Positions 1 to 9,143 of a stretch of DNA of 64,000 nt are shown one piece after another (the first letter of the stretch is position 1; every line of letters begins with the position of its first letter). Location of the stretch: contig OZ242186.1 in assembly GCA_965205675.1 (NCBI GenBank), forward strand, positions 1,888,001 through 1,952,000, written 5' to 3'. A program made the translations under genes and the position numbers. Below the pieces are notes generated by a model. It searched no databases. It had not been told where the DNA came from and saw nothing but the letters and a program-made list of their open reading frames with translations. The stretch is from Nitrosopumilus sp. Its GTDB lineage: Archaea; Thermoproteota; Nitrososphaeria; Nitrososphaerales; Nitrosopumilaceae.

Positions 1-3
1 TCT

Positions 4-975
4 TTAAGCATGCATCCACAATCCTACAAGTAATAAAAGGGAAATTATAGGAATAGTAACTATTCCAAAGAAAAGTATCGAAGTGAGTTTCATTATTGAA
101 ATGGCAGAGTGTATATGTTCTTTTGTTAGAATAATTTTGTTATCACCTAGTTTGTAGTGATTAATTTTTTCAAATTTTGTTTCTAGAGCTCCAGCTAAAG
201 CAGCCATAGGGTATCCAGCATTAGGACTTTCAGTGTTTTTACCATCTCTAATCATTATTTTGTAAGATTCTTTCCAATTGTTTTGTAGAATAGCAGCAGA
301 GATAATCATTATCAAACCAGTCAATCTAGAAGGAATATAATTCAGAACACTATCACATGTTGCTGCAAACCAACCAACATTTTTAAAAATACTAGTTTTA
401 TAACCAATCATAGAATCTGCAGTATTTACCACACGATACACAAATGCCCCTGGTAATCCAAATAGAGCATAATAAAACATAGGCCCCGTAATTCCATCAA
501 CAGTATTTTCACTTATACTTTCTAACACGCCTGAAATAACGTGATTTTTGTCTAAATTTTTGGTATTTCGCTTGACAATCATAGATAGATGATTTCTGGC
601 CATATCAAGATTATCATCATCCAAAGATTTTAAAACAGATGTTGCATGTTTTTCCATTCCATTAATAGCAATTGTGGTTTTTAACAACAATCCACCAACA
701 ACTACAGAAACAATCAATGAAAGATAATCAATAGTAATTAAAGATATTCCAATATCTAATGTAAAAAGTAACAATATTGCCAAAGCAGAAATAATAATAA
801 CAATGCATATACCTCCAAGTTTTTCTATTGTAGAATGATCATTTTTTGCTACTGGTGTTAATTTAGCAATCAGAATTCCAATCCAAGCAGTTGGATGGTA
901 TTTATTTTGAGGATCTCCGAATTTAAAATCAAATAAAATAGCAAAACCAATTACAAGTATATATTCAATAATCAT
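4..975 (-). CDS. cbiB: Adenosylcobinamide-phosphate synthase (CbiB/CobD membrane family)
   Basis: Hydrophobic 323 aa; GDP..HP, SISENTVDG, YRVVNTADSMIGY and SPNAGYPMAALAGAL motifs; co-oriented with cobQ and cobD. Confidence 0.93.
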   Translation of the reverse strand: MIIEYILVIGFAILFDFKFGDPQNKYHPTAWIGILIAKLTPVAKNDHSTIEKLGGICIVIIISALAILLLFTLDIGISLITIDYLSLIVSVVVGGLLLKTTIAINGMEKHATSVLKSLDDDNLDMARNHLSMIVKRNTKNLDKNHVISGVLESISENTVDGITGPMFYYALFGLPGAFVYRVVNTADSMIGYKTSIFKNVGWFAATCDSVLNYIPSRLTGLIMIISAAILQNNWKESYKIMIRDGKNTESPNAGYPMAALAGALETKFEKINHYKLGDNKIILTKEHIHSAISIMKLTSILFFGIVTIPIISLLLLVGLWMHA

Positions 976-1811
976 TTTAACATCCTTTCAATAGATTTTA
1001 TATCAACGTTTGATTTGATAACTTTTGCTAGTTTATTTAATTCATCATCAATTTTTGAAATATTTTTTTTAGTCCATCGAATATTTTTAGCAGTGACATT
1101 TAGAGAATCTTCTTCAGGTAAATCTATTGAAATTGATGGGATGGTTCCCACTACAGGTATTTTTGTGACATTTTTGAGTTTTCGAAATCCCGGTTTTAAT
1201 ATTTCTAGATCTCCTCTAAATTTATTAAAAATAAAACCTTTTACAAGTTCTTGATATTTTTTTTCAATTAAAGCCATAGTTCCAACAAGACTTGCAAAAG
1301 AACCACCTTTGTCAATATCCGAAACTAAAAGTACAGCAGCATTTGCTTTGTGAGCAATCTTCATATTCGCAATATCAAATTTTTGTAAATTAATTTCTGC
1401 TGGAGAACCTGCACCTTCTAAAATAACTAAATCATAATTTTTTTGCAATGTTTTAAGGGATTTTGATGCAATACCAAGTCCTCTATGATTTACAAACTTT
1501 TCATAGTAATCTTTTGCATGCATTTTTTTGTATCGTTTTCCATTTAGATACACAGTGCTGTTGTAATTTCCCAGAGGTTTTAGTAAGATTGGATTTAGAT
1601 CAGGTGTGATTTTACAGCGTGAGCCAATAGCCTGAATCGCCTGAGCACGAGATATTTCAAAATCAGGCGTGACATATGCGAAATTTGACATGTTTTGAGA
1701 TTTGAATGGAACAACACTGTAACCTTTATCAGAAAAAATTCTGCAAAGAGCTGCTACTAATGTTGTCTTACCTGCTCCAGAAGAAGTCCCTTGAATCATT
1801 AAAGATTTCAT
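972..1811 (-). CDS. cobQ: Cobyric acid synthase, synthetase domain only (no glutaminase domain)
   Basis: MIQGTSSGAGKT, PFKSQNMS, NPILLKP, EGAGSPAEINL, DIDKGG, NKFRGD, LPEEDS; only 279 aa. Confidence 0.9.
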   Translation of the reverse strand: MKSLMIQGTSSGAGKTTLVAALCRIFSDKGYSVVPFKSQNMSNFAYVTPDFEISRAQAIQAIGSRCKITPDLNPILLKPLGNYNSTVYLNGKRYKKMHAKDYYEKFVNHRGLGIASKSLKTLQKNYDLVILEGAGSPAEINLQKFDIANMKIAHKANAAVLLVSDIDKGGSFASLVGTMALIEKKYQELVKGFIFNKFRGDLEILKPGFRKLKNVTKIPVVGTIPSISIDLPEEDSLNVTAKNIRWTKKNISKIDDELNKLAKVIKSNVDIKSIERMLK

Positions 1812-2890
1812 TTGATTTTCTCCAATGCTTTTACAAGTTTTAGATTATCTTTATGTGATTTTACAGCTATTCTAATATAATGATTATTTAATCCTCTAAA
1901 ATTTTTACAATCTCGAATTAGGATTCTTTGTTTTAACAATTTTTTTTGTAATTTTGTTGAATCTTTTTTTATTTTAATTAAAATAAAATTTGTAGAAGAA
2001 TTATCACAATTAAATCCATTTATTTTATTTACCTTATTTACCAAATAATTTAATTCTTTTTTAATTACAGAATTTGATTCAATTAAATGGGATTTATTTT
2101 TAAGTGCAATATTTGCTGCATCTTGAGCTAATGAGTTTACACTCCATGGGATTTTGATTTTTTGTAAAATTTCAATTATATCTTTAGAAGCTGCAGCATA
2201 TCCAATACGTATTCCAGGCAAAGCAAAAGATTTTGTTAATGATCGTAAAACAAAAAGATTTTCATATTTTTTAACATAAGATATTATGGATTGATTTGAT
2301 TCTGGAACCATTTCAATAAAACATTCATCTACAAATACTAATGTAGATAATTTTTTTGCGTGTTTGGTTATTTCGAGTAATTGATTTTTTGGTAATAACT
2401 GTCCTGTAGGATTGTTAGGATTACAAATGAATACACATCCATTCTTTGGAATTTTTGAAATAAAGATATCAAGGTTTTTAGATAAATTCATAGTTTTAAA
2501 GTATAAAATTTTACATTCATTAAGTTTAGCTGCTGTTTCATACTCTTGAAAAGTTGGGATTGGTATCAGTACTTTTGTTTTCTTTGATAAAAATGCAAAA
2601 CAAAAATTGTAGAGAATCTCAATTGCTCCATTTCCAACCAAAAGATTTGATTTATCTAACTGCGTGTATTTTTGTAGGCTTGAAATTACAGTTGATGAAC
2701 TAAAATCAGGATAATTTTTGATATTATCAATATTTTTCTTAAGGATTTTTTTTATTGATAGTGGCGTTCCAATAGGAGACACATTTGAACTAAAATCAAT
2801 GATTTTTGGATCAGTACTTTGTAATGGATTTTGTCCTCCATGTATTGCAGGTACATGTCTAATAACAGATAATTTTGGCCGTATTTTCAC
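1808..2890 (-). CDS. cobD: Threonine-phosphate decarboxylase (class I/II PLP aminotransferase fold)
   Basis: HGG, DFSSNVSP, CNPNNPTG, DECF, RSLTKSFALPGIRIGY; cobalamin gene context. Confidence 0.8.
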   Translation of the reverse strand: MKIRPKLSVIRHVPAIHGGQNPLQSTDPKIIDFSSNVSPIGTPLSIKKILKKNIDNIKNYPDFSSSTVISSLQKYTQLDKSNLLVGNGAIEILYNFCFAFLSKKTKVLIPIPTFQEYETAAKLNECKILYFKTMNLSKNLDIFISKIPKNGCVFICNPNNPTGQLLPKNQLLEITKHAKKLSTLVFVDECFIEMVPESNQSIISYVKKYENLFVLRSLTKSFALPGIRIGYAAASKDIIEILQKIKIPWSVNSLAQDAANIALKNKSHLIESNSVIKKELNYLVNKVNKINGFNCDNSSTNFILIKIKKDSTKLQKKLLKQRILIRDCKNFRGLNNHYIRIAVKSHKDNLKLVKALEKIK

Positions 2891-2973
2891 AGTTCCAAAT
2901 AGAATTAGCCGATTTAGTATGTTTTGGTAACTCAGAAAACGATTATTAGTTGAAGGCGATCAATAATCAAAAT

Positions 2974-4050
2974 ATGAGTAAAAAAAGAGTGGCAATAATT
3001 GGGGTTACTGGTTCTGTAGGTCAAGAATTTGTACAGTCTTTAAACAATCACCCATGGTTTGAAGTTACTCAAATTGCAGCATCTTCACGTTCTGCAGGAA
3101 AGAAATACCTTGATGCTATTAAAGATGCAAGTGGGATTGTAGCATGGGATGTAGGCGGAGAAATTCCAGAATATATCAAAGAAATGACAGTAAGATCAGT
3201 TGATGGATTAGATGTTTCTCAATTAGATGTGATATTTTCAGCAGTTGAATCAGAAGCAGCTAGAGACATAGAAACGAAGATGGCAGCAGATTTGCCAGTT
3301 ATCTCTACAAGTTCTGCTTATAGATATGAAGATGATGTACCAATACTAATTCCAGGGATTAATGATGAGCAAACAGAATTACTTGAAACTCAAAAAAAGA
3401 ATAGAAATTGGAAAGGTTGGGTAGCACCGTTACCAAATTGTACTACAACCGGTTTAGCAATTACATTAAAACCATTACTTGAAAAATATGGAGCAAAAAA
3501 AGTCATGATGACTTCAATGCAAGCAATATCAGGAGGTGGAAAAACAGGAGTGCCAGCAATGGGAATTACAGATAACATTATTCCATTTATTCCTAGCGAA
3601 GAAGGTAAAGTAAGACGAGAAACTAGGAAAATTTTAGGCAAATTAAAAGATGGGAAAATTGAAGATGCAGACATTAGAATCAGTTGTACTTGTACCAGAG
3701 TTCCTGTAATTGATGGACATACAGAATCAGTTTTTGTTGAAACTACAGAGAAAATTGATCCGTTAAAAGCAAAAGATACCTACAATGAATACAACAGAAA
3801 TATTTCAGTATCAGGATTACCATCAGCTCCTGAAAAATATTATGCATTTCATGAAGATCCAACTAGACCTCAACCAAGAATGGAGAGAACCGTTGGAGAT
3901 GGAATGACTACAACAATTGGAAGAGTAGAGACAGAAGAATTGTTTGATAATGGATTGAAATACATGTTGTTCTCTCACAATAAAAAAATGGGTTCAGCAA
4001 AAGGAGCTGTTTTGTTAGCAGAGATGCTATACAAGAAAGGCAAGATTTAG
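2974..4050 (+). CDS. asd: Aspartate-semialdehyde dehydrogenase
   Basis: GVTGSVG Rossmann motif, PNCTT catalytic Cys, QAISGGG, CTRVPVIDGH; ATG at 2974 preferred over upstream TTG. Confidence 0.9.
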   Translation: MSKKRVAIIGVTGSVGQEFVQSLNNHPWFEVTQIAASSRSAGKKYLDAIKDASGIVAWDVGGEIPEYIKEMTVRSVDGLDVSQLDVIFSAVESEAARDIETKMAADLPVISTSSAYRYEDDVPILIPGINDEQTELLETQKKNRNWKGWVAPLPNCTTTGLAITLKPLLEKYGAKKVMMTSMQAISGGGKTGVPAMGITDNIIPFIPSEEGKVRRETRKILGKLKDGKIEDADIRISCTCTRVPVIDGHTESVFVETTEKIDPLKAKDTYNEYNRNISVSGLPSAPEKYYAFHEDPTRPQPRMERTVGDGMTTTIGRVETEELFDNGLKYMLFSHNKKMGSAKGAVLLAEMLYKKGKI

Positions 4051-4140
4051 AGAATTTTTTTGCAATTTTTACAATAATAACTTTATAAGATCCAGAAATC
4101 TAGATCGACTCAGGTGTTTTAAACGATAAAAGTAGATGAC

Positions 4141-4590
4141 TTGGATTTACAAATTTTATCAGAATTATCTAATGATGCCTCAATATCAGTTCCTCGCTTA
4201 TCAAAAAAAATCAATGTTAACTCATCTGTAGTGTATTCCAGAATCAAACGACTAGTCAAAAGAAAACTAATTGAGCGTTTTACAATTGTAGTTAATGATG
4301 AAGAGCTCGGATACAATGTAAAAGCATTAACTGGGATTAACATGGATACAAAAAAACGAGACCACATTATTGAAGAATTATTCAAGATAGACGGAGTTAG
4401 AGAGGTAGCAGAAGTTACAGGGAGATTTGACATTCTAGTTACAATGTATTCAAAATCACTGGATCAGATGCATAAAATGGTCTCTGAACGGATTGGTAGA
4501 ATCGAAGGGATTCAATCTTCTGAATCATTCATAGAAATGAAATCACGAATGAAAGCAATGCCATATATGCCATCAAAGGATAGTGACTGA
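4141..4590 (+). CDS. Lrp/AsnC family transcriptional regulator
   Basis: D.QIL..L..DA HTH, V..RIKRL, VAEVTGRFD effector domain; true start may be ATA at 4126. Confidence 0.9.
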   Translation: MDLQILSELSNDASISVPRLSKKINVNSSVVYSRIKRLVKRKLIERFTIVVNDEELGYNVKALTGINMDTKKRDHIIEELFKIDGVREVAEVTGRFDILVTMYSKSLDQMHKMVSERIGRIEGIQSSESFIEMKSRMKAMPYMPSKDSD

Positions 4591-5522
4591 TGTTGCAAAA
4601 GCAAAAATCAGAATCTAGAATGGCAGTATATTATGAATTAACAAAACCAAAAATTTGGTATTTACTAGTTTTTACAGCATTTGGTGCAGCATTGACAGCT
4701 TCTAATGTTTACGGCATAGAAATATCTCCAGCAACATGGCTTTTGATGTTATTTTCAGTTGCAGCAGGTTCAGCCGCTGCAAATACTTTGACAAATTATC
4801 ATGATAGAGATATTGATGCAATTATGGAAAGAACAAAAGATCGACCTTTACCATCAAAAAGAATCTATCCTGCAGTAAAGGCAAGAAATTTTGGATTAGC
4901 ATTAGCAGGCATATCACTAGTTCTAGCATTTGGAATATCTTTTACTACAACGTTAGAACAAGGAGCATGGGCAACTGCATTTATTGCATTTGGATTAGTA
5001 AATAATATTCTAATTTACTCATATGTTCTAAAACGAAATTCAAGGACTAACATAATTTTAGGAGGATTGTGTGGAGGATCACCACCAATGATTGGATGGG
5101 TGGCAGTAAGTATGTCAGATTTATGGACAATGGGTCTTGCCATGGCAGGTTTGGTATTCATTTGGATTCCAATGCACATTTGGGCACTTACGTTACATTT
5201 CAAAGAAGATTATAACAAAGTCAATGTTCCTATGTTAACTGCAGTACAATCAGAAAAAACTTCTGCAAGAGCTATTGCATTATCAACAGTTGTAATGGTG
5301 TTATTTTCGATTGCTCCATTTTTTATTACAACTGAGAATAATGAAAAAATGATTGGAGATGTGTATTTATGGACTGCAATTGTATCTGGTGCATTAATGG
5401 TGGTATTATCAGTGTGGGTGATAGTCAAACCAATGGAGAAAGCTGCTTGGACATTGTTTAAATTTTCTAGTCCATATTTGACAGTGTTATTTATTGCACT
5501 AATGGTTGACTCTGCGTTATAA
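4590..5522 (+). CDS. cyoE: Protoheme IX farnesyltransferase (heme O synthase)
   Basis: YYELTKPKI, DRDIDAIMERTKDRPLPS, W.PMH.WAL, DY.KV.VPML; multiple TM helices. Confidence 0.93.
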   Translation: MLQKQKSESRMAVYYELTKPKIWYLLVFTAFGAALTASNVYGIEISPATWLLMLFSVAAGSAAANTLTNYHDRDIDAIMERTKDRPLPSKRIYPAVKARNFGLALAGISLVLAFGISFTTTLEQGAWATAFIAFGLVNNILIYSYVLKRNSRTNIILGGLCGGSPPMIGWVAVSMSDLWTMGLAMAGLVFIWIPMHIWALTLHFKEDYNKVNVPMLTAVQSEKTSARAIALSTVVMVLFSIAPFFITTENNEKMIGDVYLWTAIVSGALMVVLSVWVIVKPMEKAAWTLFKFSSPYLTVLFIALMVDSAL

Positions 5523-5750
5523 AATATTCCCTTTATCATCCAAACTATTCAATTCTTTAGTAATTTTAGAATGATCTTCTATCAATACTCCAAGTCCATT
5601 TTTTAGTTCTTCAGAATTCCAGTCAGATGAAATAAGAGATGTTAATTTTGAAACAATTTCCCATTGAATATTATTTTGATCATCAATTAATTTTAAAAAA
5701 TGCTTTCCCTTCTCTTCATCATTCATAATTTTTGGATATAATGGAATCAT
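5517..5750 (-). CDS. Small hypothetical helical protein
   Basis: 77-aa ORF (start possibly at MNDEEKG) with plausible composition, converging on cyoE. Confidence 0.55.
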   Translation of the reverse strand: MIPLYPKIMNDEEKGKHFLKLIDDQNNIQWEIVSKLTSLISSDWNSEELKNGLGVLIEDHSKITKELNSLDDKGNIL

Positions 5751-5816
5751 AAAAAGTTAGCATTGGTAATTAGATAATTTTAAAGTTTTATTAGTAGATA
5801 ATAGATATTTTTCATA

Positions 5817-5972
5817 TTGCAATGCAGTATTTCAGAATGCAAAGAAAAAGCAACAGAAACAGTCCAAATAAGTTTCAAGGAAACAAGAAATTTATGCAAA
5901 AATCACTTCAAATTATTTAAAAATAAAGATAGAAAACATAATCCAATGTTTTCTAAAGCATCAGATTTTTAG
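5817..5972 (+). CDS. Small putative zinc-finger protein (51 aa; not in ORF track)
   Basis: Read by eye from TTG: MQCSISECKEKATETVQISFKETRNLCKNHFKLFKNKDRKHNPMFSKASDF*; Cx4C...CxxH ligands. Confidence 0.6.
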   Translation: MQCSISECKEKATETVQISFKETRNLCKNHFKLFKNKDRKHNPMFSKASDF

Positions 5973-6040
5973 TATGTATAGGTGTTTTTTAACTAAAGAA
6001 TTATTGAAAGATTTAACATCTACTATTTTCAAATTAGAAT

Positions 6041-6511
6041 ATGGCAACCAAGAAGAAAAATACGCCTAAGAAAACAATAAAAAAATCAACTGCTAAACCC
6101 AAAAAACAAGTTAAGAGTTCATCAAAAAAACCAGAATTTGAAAAAGCATGGAAAGATTACAATTCAGCTTTGGATGGTTGGAAAGAATCTCTTGCACAAT
6201 GGCAAAAGGCTACTAATGAAACTTTAATGACATATCATGATGCTTGTCAAAAAGCAGTAGAATCAGATGCGGAACTGTTAAAAAAAGTTAGTTCAAGCTG
6301 GGAAAATACATGGGAAGAAATTGGTCCTCAATACATTAAACAACAAACAAAGATGATGGAAAATATCTTTAAAGAAACTAATATTGAATCAATTAAAAAA
6401 TTCAACAGTCAGTGGGAAAAATTTCTGAAAACATCTGGAAATGATTCAATTATAGCATATCAAGAAGCTATAAAAAAATTCAACCAAGCATGGCAATCAG
6501 GTCAAATGTAA
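6041..6511 (+). CDS. Hypothetical protein: Lys-rich N-tail plus Trp-periodic amphipathic helical domain (phasin-like?)
   Basis: About 30-aa K/T/S/P tail followed by a helical W-rich body that aligns by eye with ORF 12491-12904. Confidence 0.75.
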   Translation: MATKKKNTPKKTIKKSTAKPKKQVKSSSKKPEFEKAWKDYNSALDGWKESLAQWQKATNETLMTYHDACQKAVESDAELLKKVSSSWENTWEEIGPQYIKQQTKMMENIFKETNIESIKKFNSQWEKFLKTSGNDSIIAYQEAIKKFNQAWQSGQM

Positions 6512-6989
6512 TTATAGATATTTCTACATAACAAATTTAATTTTTTCATTTTTACTATTAAGAAAACTTTACACTCACATACTAAACAATTCCTTTAACT
6601 GCAGATCTTCTATTTTTCATGGTAGTTTCCATAGGATTTTTGATGGTTCTTTTGTATGTATCAAGCCTCACGTCTAGAATTTGTTTTTAGTTTCCATTTT
6701 TGTTCCTGATGGGATGGATGACCTTGATTCATACGTTCTTTTTGTTTTATACCTAACACAACACGCTTCTTGTGTAGGAGATTTTGAGATTCCAGTTTGA
6801 CATTTTATATGAATTATAAAGTTTGTTTTTAATAGGTTCTGTTAACCTGACAGGTGGTAATTCCTCGTGTTAAGTTTCGAGGGGTAATCTAACATCTTCA
6901 AGACTTGAAATGCGGGTAATAGGATTTGAGATTTACATGTAGGGCTTGAATCTCAGAAAGAAGACGTAGATTTTGCCACATGACTAGAA

Positions 6990-7150
6990 AATCTAGCTTT
7001 AACTGAAAAAATCATATTTTATTTGCTAAATTCAACAGGTATTGGTACTGGCAATCCATTATCATCTGTGGTAACATGTATTTTCATGCTTGTCATCTCT
7101 TTTAAATCCATCAAATTCATTTCTGCTTTAGTTTTACAGATGATTTCTAA
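6990..7150 (-). pseudogene. IS5-family transposase fragment
   Basis: Minus strand reads FDGFKR / frameshift / MTSMKIHVTTDDNGLPV, matching the IS5 K-I-H-x-x-x-D-x-x-G-L-P motif and the remnant at 15.9-16.3 kb; boundaries approximate. Confidence 0.6.
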
Positions 7151-7199
7151 GAAGCCGATGATTTTAATGGTTTTTTAGTTCGTAGATGTAAAGTAACAT

Positions 7200-8033
7200 A
7201 TGAACATTCAAGATTTTGGGATGGCTCCAAAAGATAACCCACTCTGCTATCCTGGCAAAAGACCTCCCCACTCTTTCTTGTTTTGTTCTGATGACATACT
7301 CTCAATTACGATGACTCCCAATGTCAAAATCGAAGATTGTATGGTAGATGATATTACGTTGGCAGAAAAACTTGAAGAATATGGCGCAAAGGGTATCTCA
7401 GACAGATATCTTGTGGTAGGGTATGGCTCTAATGCAAATCCTGCACAACTGCAAAACAAATTCAAGAATAATGTAAACAGTATTTTCCCAGTCTTCAAGG
7501 GAACCATTACGGGATATGACGTATCTTATGCAAGAGCATTTGCATCATACGGTGCAATCCCTGCAACTATAACTGATTCTCCAGGAACCGTTGTAGAGGT
7601 ATGGGCAAACTTGTTTGATGAAGAGCAGTTGGAGATTATGAACAAAACAGAGGGCAGAGGCACATCATACTGTCTTGGAAGATTAAACAGTGCATTAACG
7701 CTTGAAAATAATGAGATTTTTTCCTCTGCATGCTCCTACATACACATGCAGGGATCGTTGCCTGTCAACAGCAAACCAATCAGACTTGATATGATTAGTG
7801 CCATAAACGCAAAATTTGATGGGCTTGATCAGCCCCAGATACTCTCAAAAATATCTGAGATGTTTGGCTTGTCAACAACTCCTGAAGAGTTCTTATCTGA
7901 AATCAAATGTAAACGTCGTAATTATACTAAAAAACTCTGTAATCTCACAAAAGGCATTCCTACTATGGGATTCACAGAGATACCCAGAGATGGTAATCCT
8001 CCAAACATTACTGCAACCAAAAGATCTTTCTAA
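7200..8033 (+). CDS. Gamma-glutamylcyclotransferase (GGCT/AIG2)-like protein
   Basis: VVGYGSNANPAQL motif, YGAIPATI, and L..MNKTEG...Y with the conserved Glu. Confidence 0.65.
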   Translation: MNIQDFGMAPKDNPLCYPGKRPPHSFLFCSDDILSITMTPNVKIEDCMVDDITLAEKLEEYGAKGISDRYLVVGYGSNANPAQLQNKFKNNVNSIFPVFKGTITGYDVSYARAFASYGAIPATITDSPGTVVEVWANLFDEEQLEIMNKTEGRGTSYCLGRLNSALTLENNEIFSSACSYIHMQGSLPVNSKPIRLDMISAINAKFDGLDQPQILSKISEMFGLSTTPEEFLSEIKCKRRNYTKKLCNLTKGIPTMGFTEIPRDGNPPNITATKRSF

Positions 8034-8965
8034 AATCTATTATTAGATGTCTTATAATTGGATGCTGTAACCGTACTCCATACAACCCATAACATAAAAA
8101 ATATAGTCAAAGCCCAATAAATGATCTGTTCGGGATTTGATATTAGTGGAATCATAGTTACTGACAGAGCAACCATGCTAAATGAACCAAGATTGTTGAG
8201 TTTTTTCATAAACTCCCCCCGAAACGAACGTTTTATTTTCACAGGGTGACATTTCTTTATATTTAATTTTTCTCTGATCATAGAGTCCACAAATATGGGA
8301 TGAATGGAATTGCTATCCTTCCTCTCGCAGTTGCCTTCATCCATTTCAGAGTCTATTAATTCATCATGTCTTTGCTTCATTGAAGATGTAAGTGGCATGC
8401 ATTTTGCCTTGGTCTTTTCCTTATCTGAATCTTCTGCAGCGTCAATTGTTATTTCATCACCATATTCAGCATTAATCATGTTTAACATCTCTTCACATAT
8501 GCAAATAACAGGAATTTTTTGTTCCTTGTATATACTATTCTCATGAATTTGGACTATTGCATTTTGAAAATTTATCCTGTTTAGCATTTGTTCTTTGATT
8601 CTCCTTTTTGTTTTAGAACGGGTTATGTTGATTTCCTCACCCACGTCAACTGACAATGCTTCTCGGTATGTCTGGTCAAGACCCACTTCGTTTTTTTCTA
8701 AATGGTACTCTTTATTCACTGCTCCGTCTTTATCGCTAATTACAAGTGATCTAATCTTGAACGTACCTTTTTGTTCCTCACGCTGTTTTTTCTCCAAGAT
8801 GACATGATCATATTCTTTTATTTTCATCTCTTTCATCTGCTCTTTGTTCATAATTGTAACATAGTCTGGAAAGGGCTGTTCTTTGATAGAGCTTTTCTTT
8901 ACTGTACAACATATAGGTAACCCAGACTGTTTTTCAGAATTGTTCTTTCTCCTGAGCCAGGTCAA
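8030..8965 (-). CDS. Hypothetical protein with four psi-loop/GD-box-like repeats (putative tandem double-psi beta-barrels) and two C-terminal TM helices
   Basis: Repeats IMNKEQMKEMKIKEYDHVIL, VGLDQTYREALSVDVGEEINI, ICICEEMLNMINAEYGDEITI, IFVDSMIREKLNIKKCHPVKI; hydrophobic C-terminus. Confidence 0.55.
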   Translation of the reverse strand: MTWLRRKNNSEKQSGLPICCTVKKSSIKEQPFPDYVTIMNKEQMKEMKIKEYDHVILEKKQREEQKGTFKIRSLVISDKDGAVNKEYHLEKNEVGLDQTYREALSVDVGEEINITRSKTKRRIKEQMLNRINFQNAIVQIHENSIYKEQKIPVICICEEMLNMINAEYGDEITIDAAEDSDKEKTKAKCMPLTSSMKQRHDELIDSEMDEGNCERKDSNSIHPIFVDSMIREKLNIKKCHPVKIKRSFRGEFMKKLNNLGSFSMVALSVTMIPLISNPEQIIYWALTIFFMLWVVWSTVTASNYKTSNNRF

Positions 8966-9143
8966 TCTTTTACATTTTGATATGAGAGATAACTAGACAA
9001 ATGTACAATAAAATTCAGTGGATAGCTAATACGTCTTTACTATGTGTTGGTGGATAGTTAAAACACATCATATACTCGAGACATGGGCATAACTAATTCT
9101 AATTTTTGAGTCAATTCTCAAATTATTCAAATAGAAAAAGCTA

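Noticed and set aside
2950-4050. Asd homolog as the malonyl-CoA reductase of the 3HP/4HB cycle
   Set aside because: Sulfolobales MCR is an Asd paralog, but nothing in this sequence distinguishes it from ordinary Asd; a phylogeny would be needed
6600-6810. Minus-strand CVRYK stretch resembling the Zn-finger at 15188
   Set aside because: Only five residues match and the other cysteines are absent; could be chance or an unidentifiable relic
6905-6935. tRNA 3'-end-like sequence (possible att site)
   Set aside because: Too short and imperfect to call as a feature, and no partner repeat was found at the other island end; mentioned only as a hint
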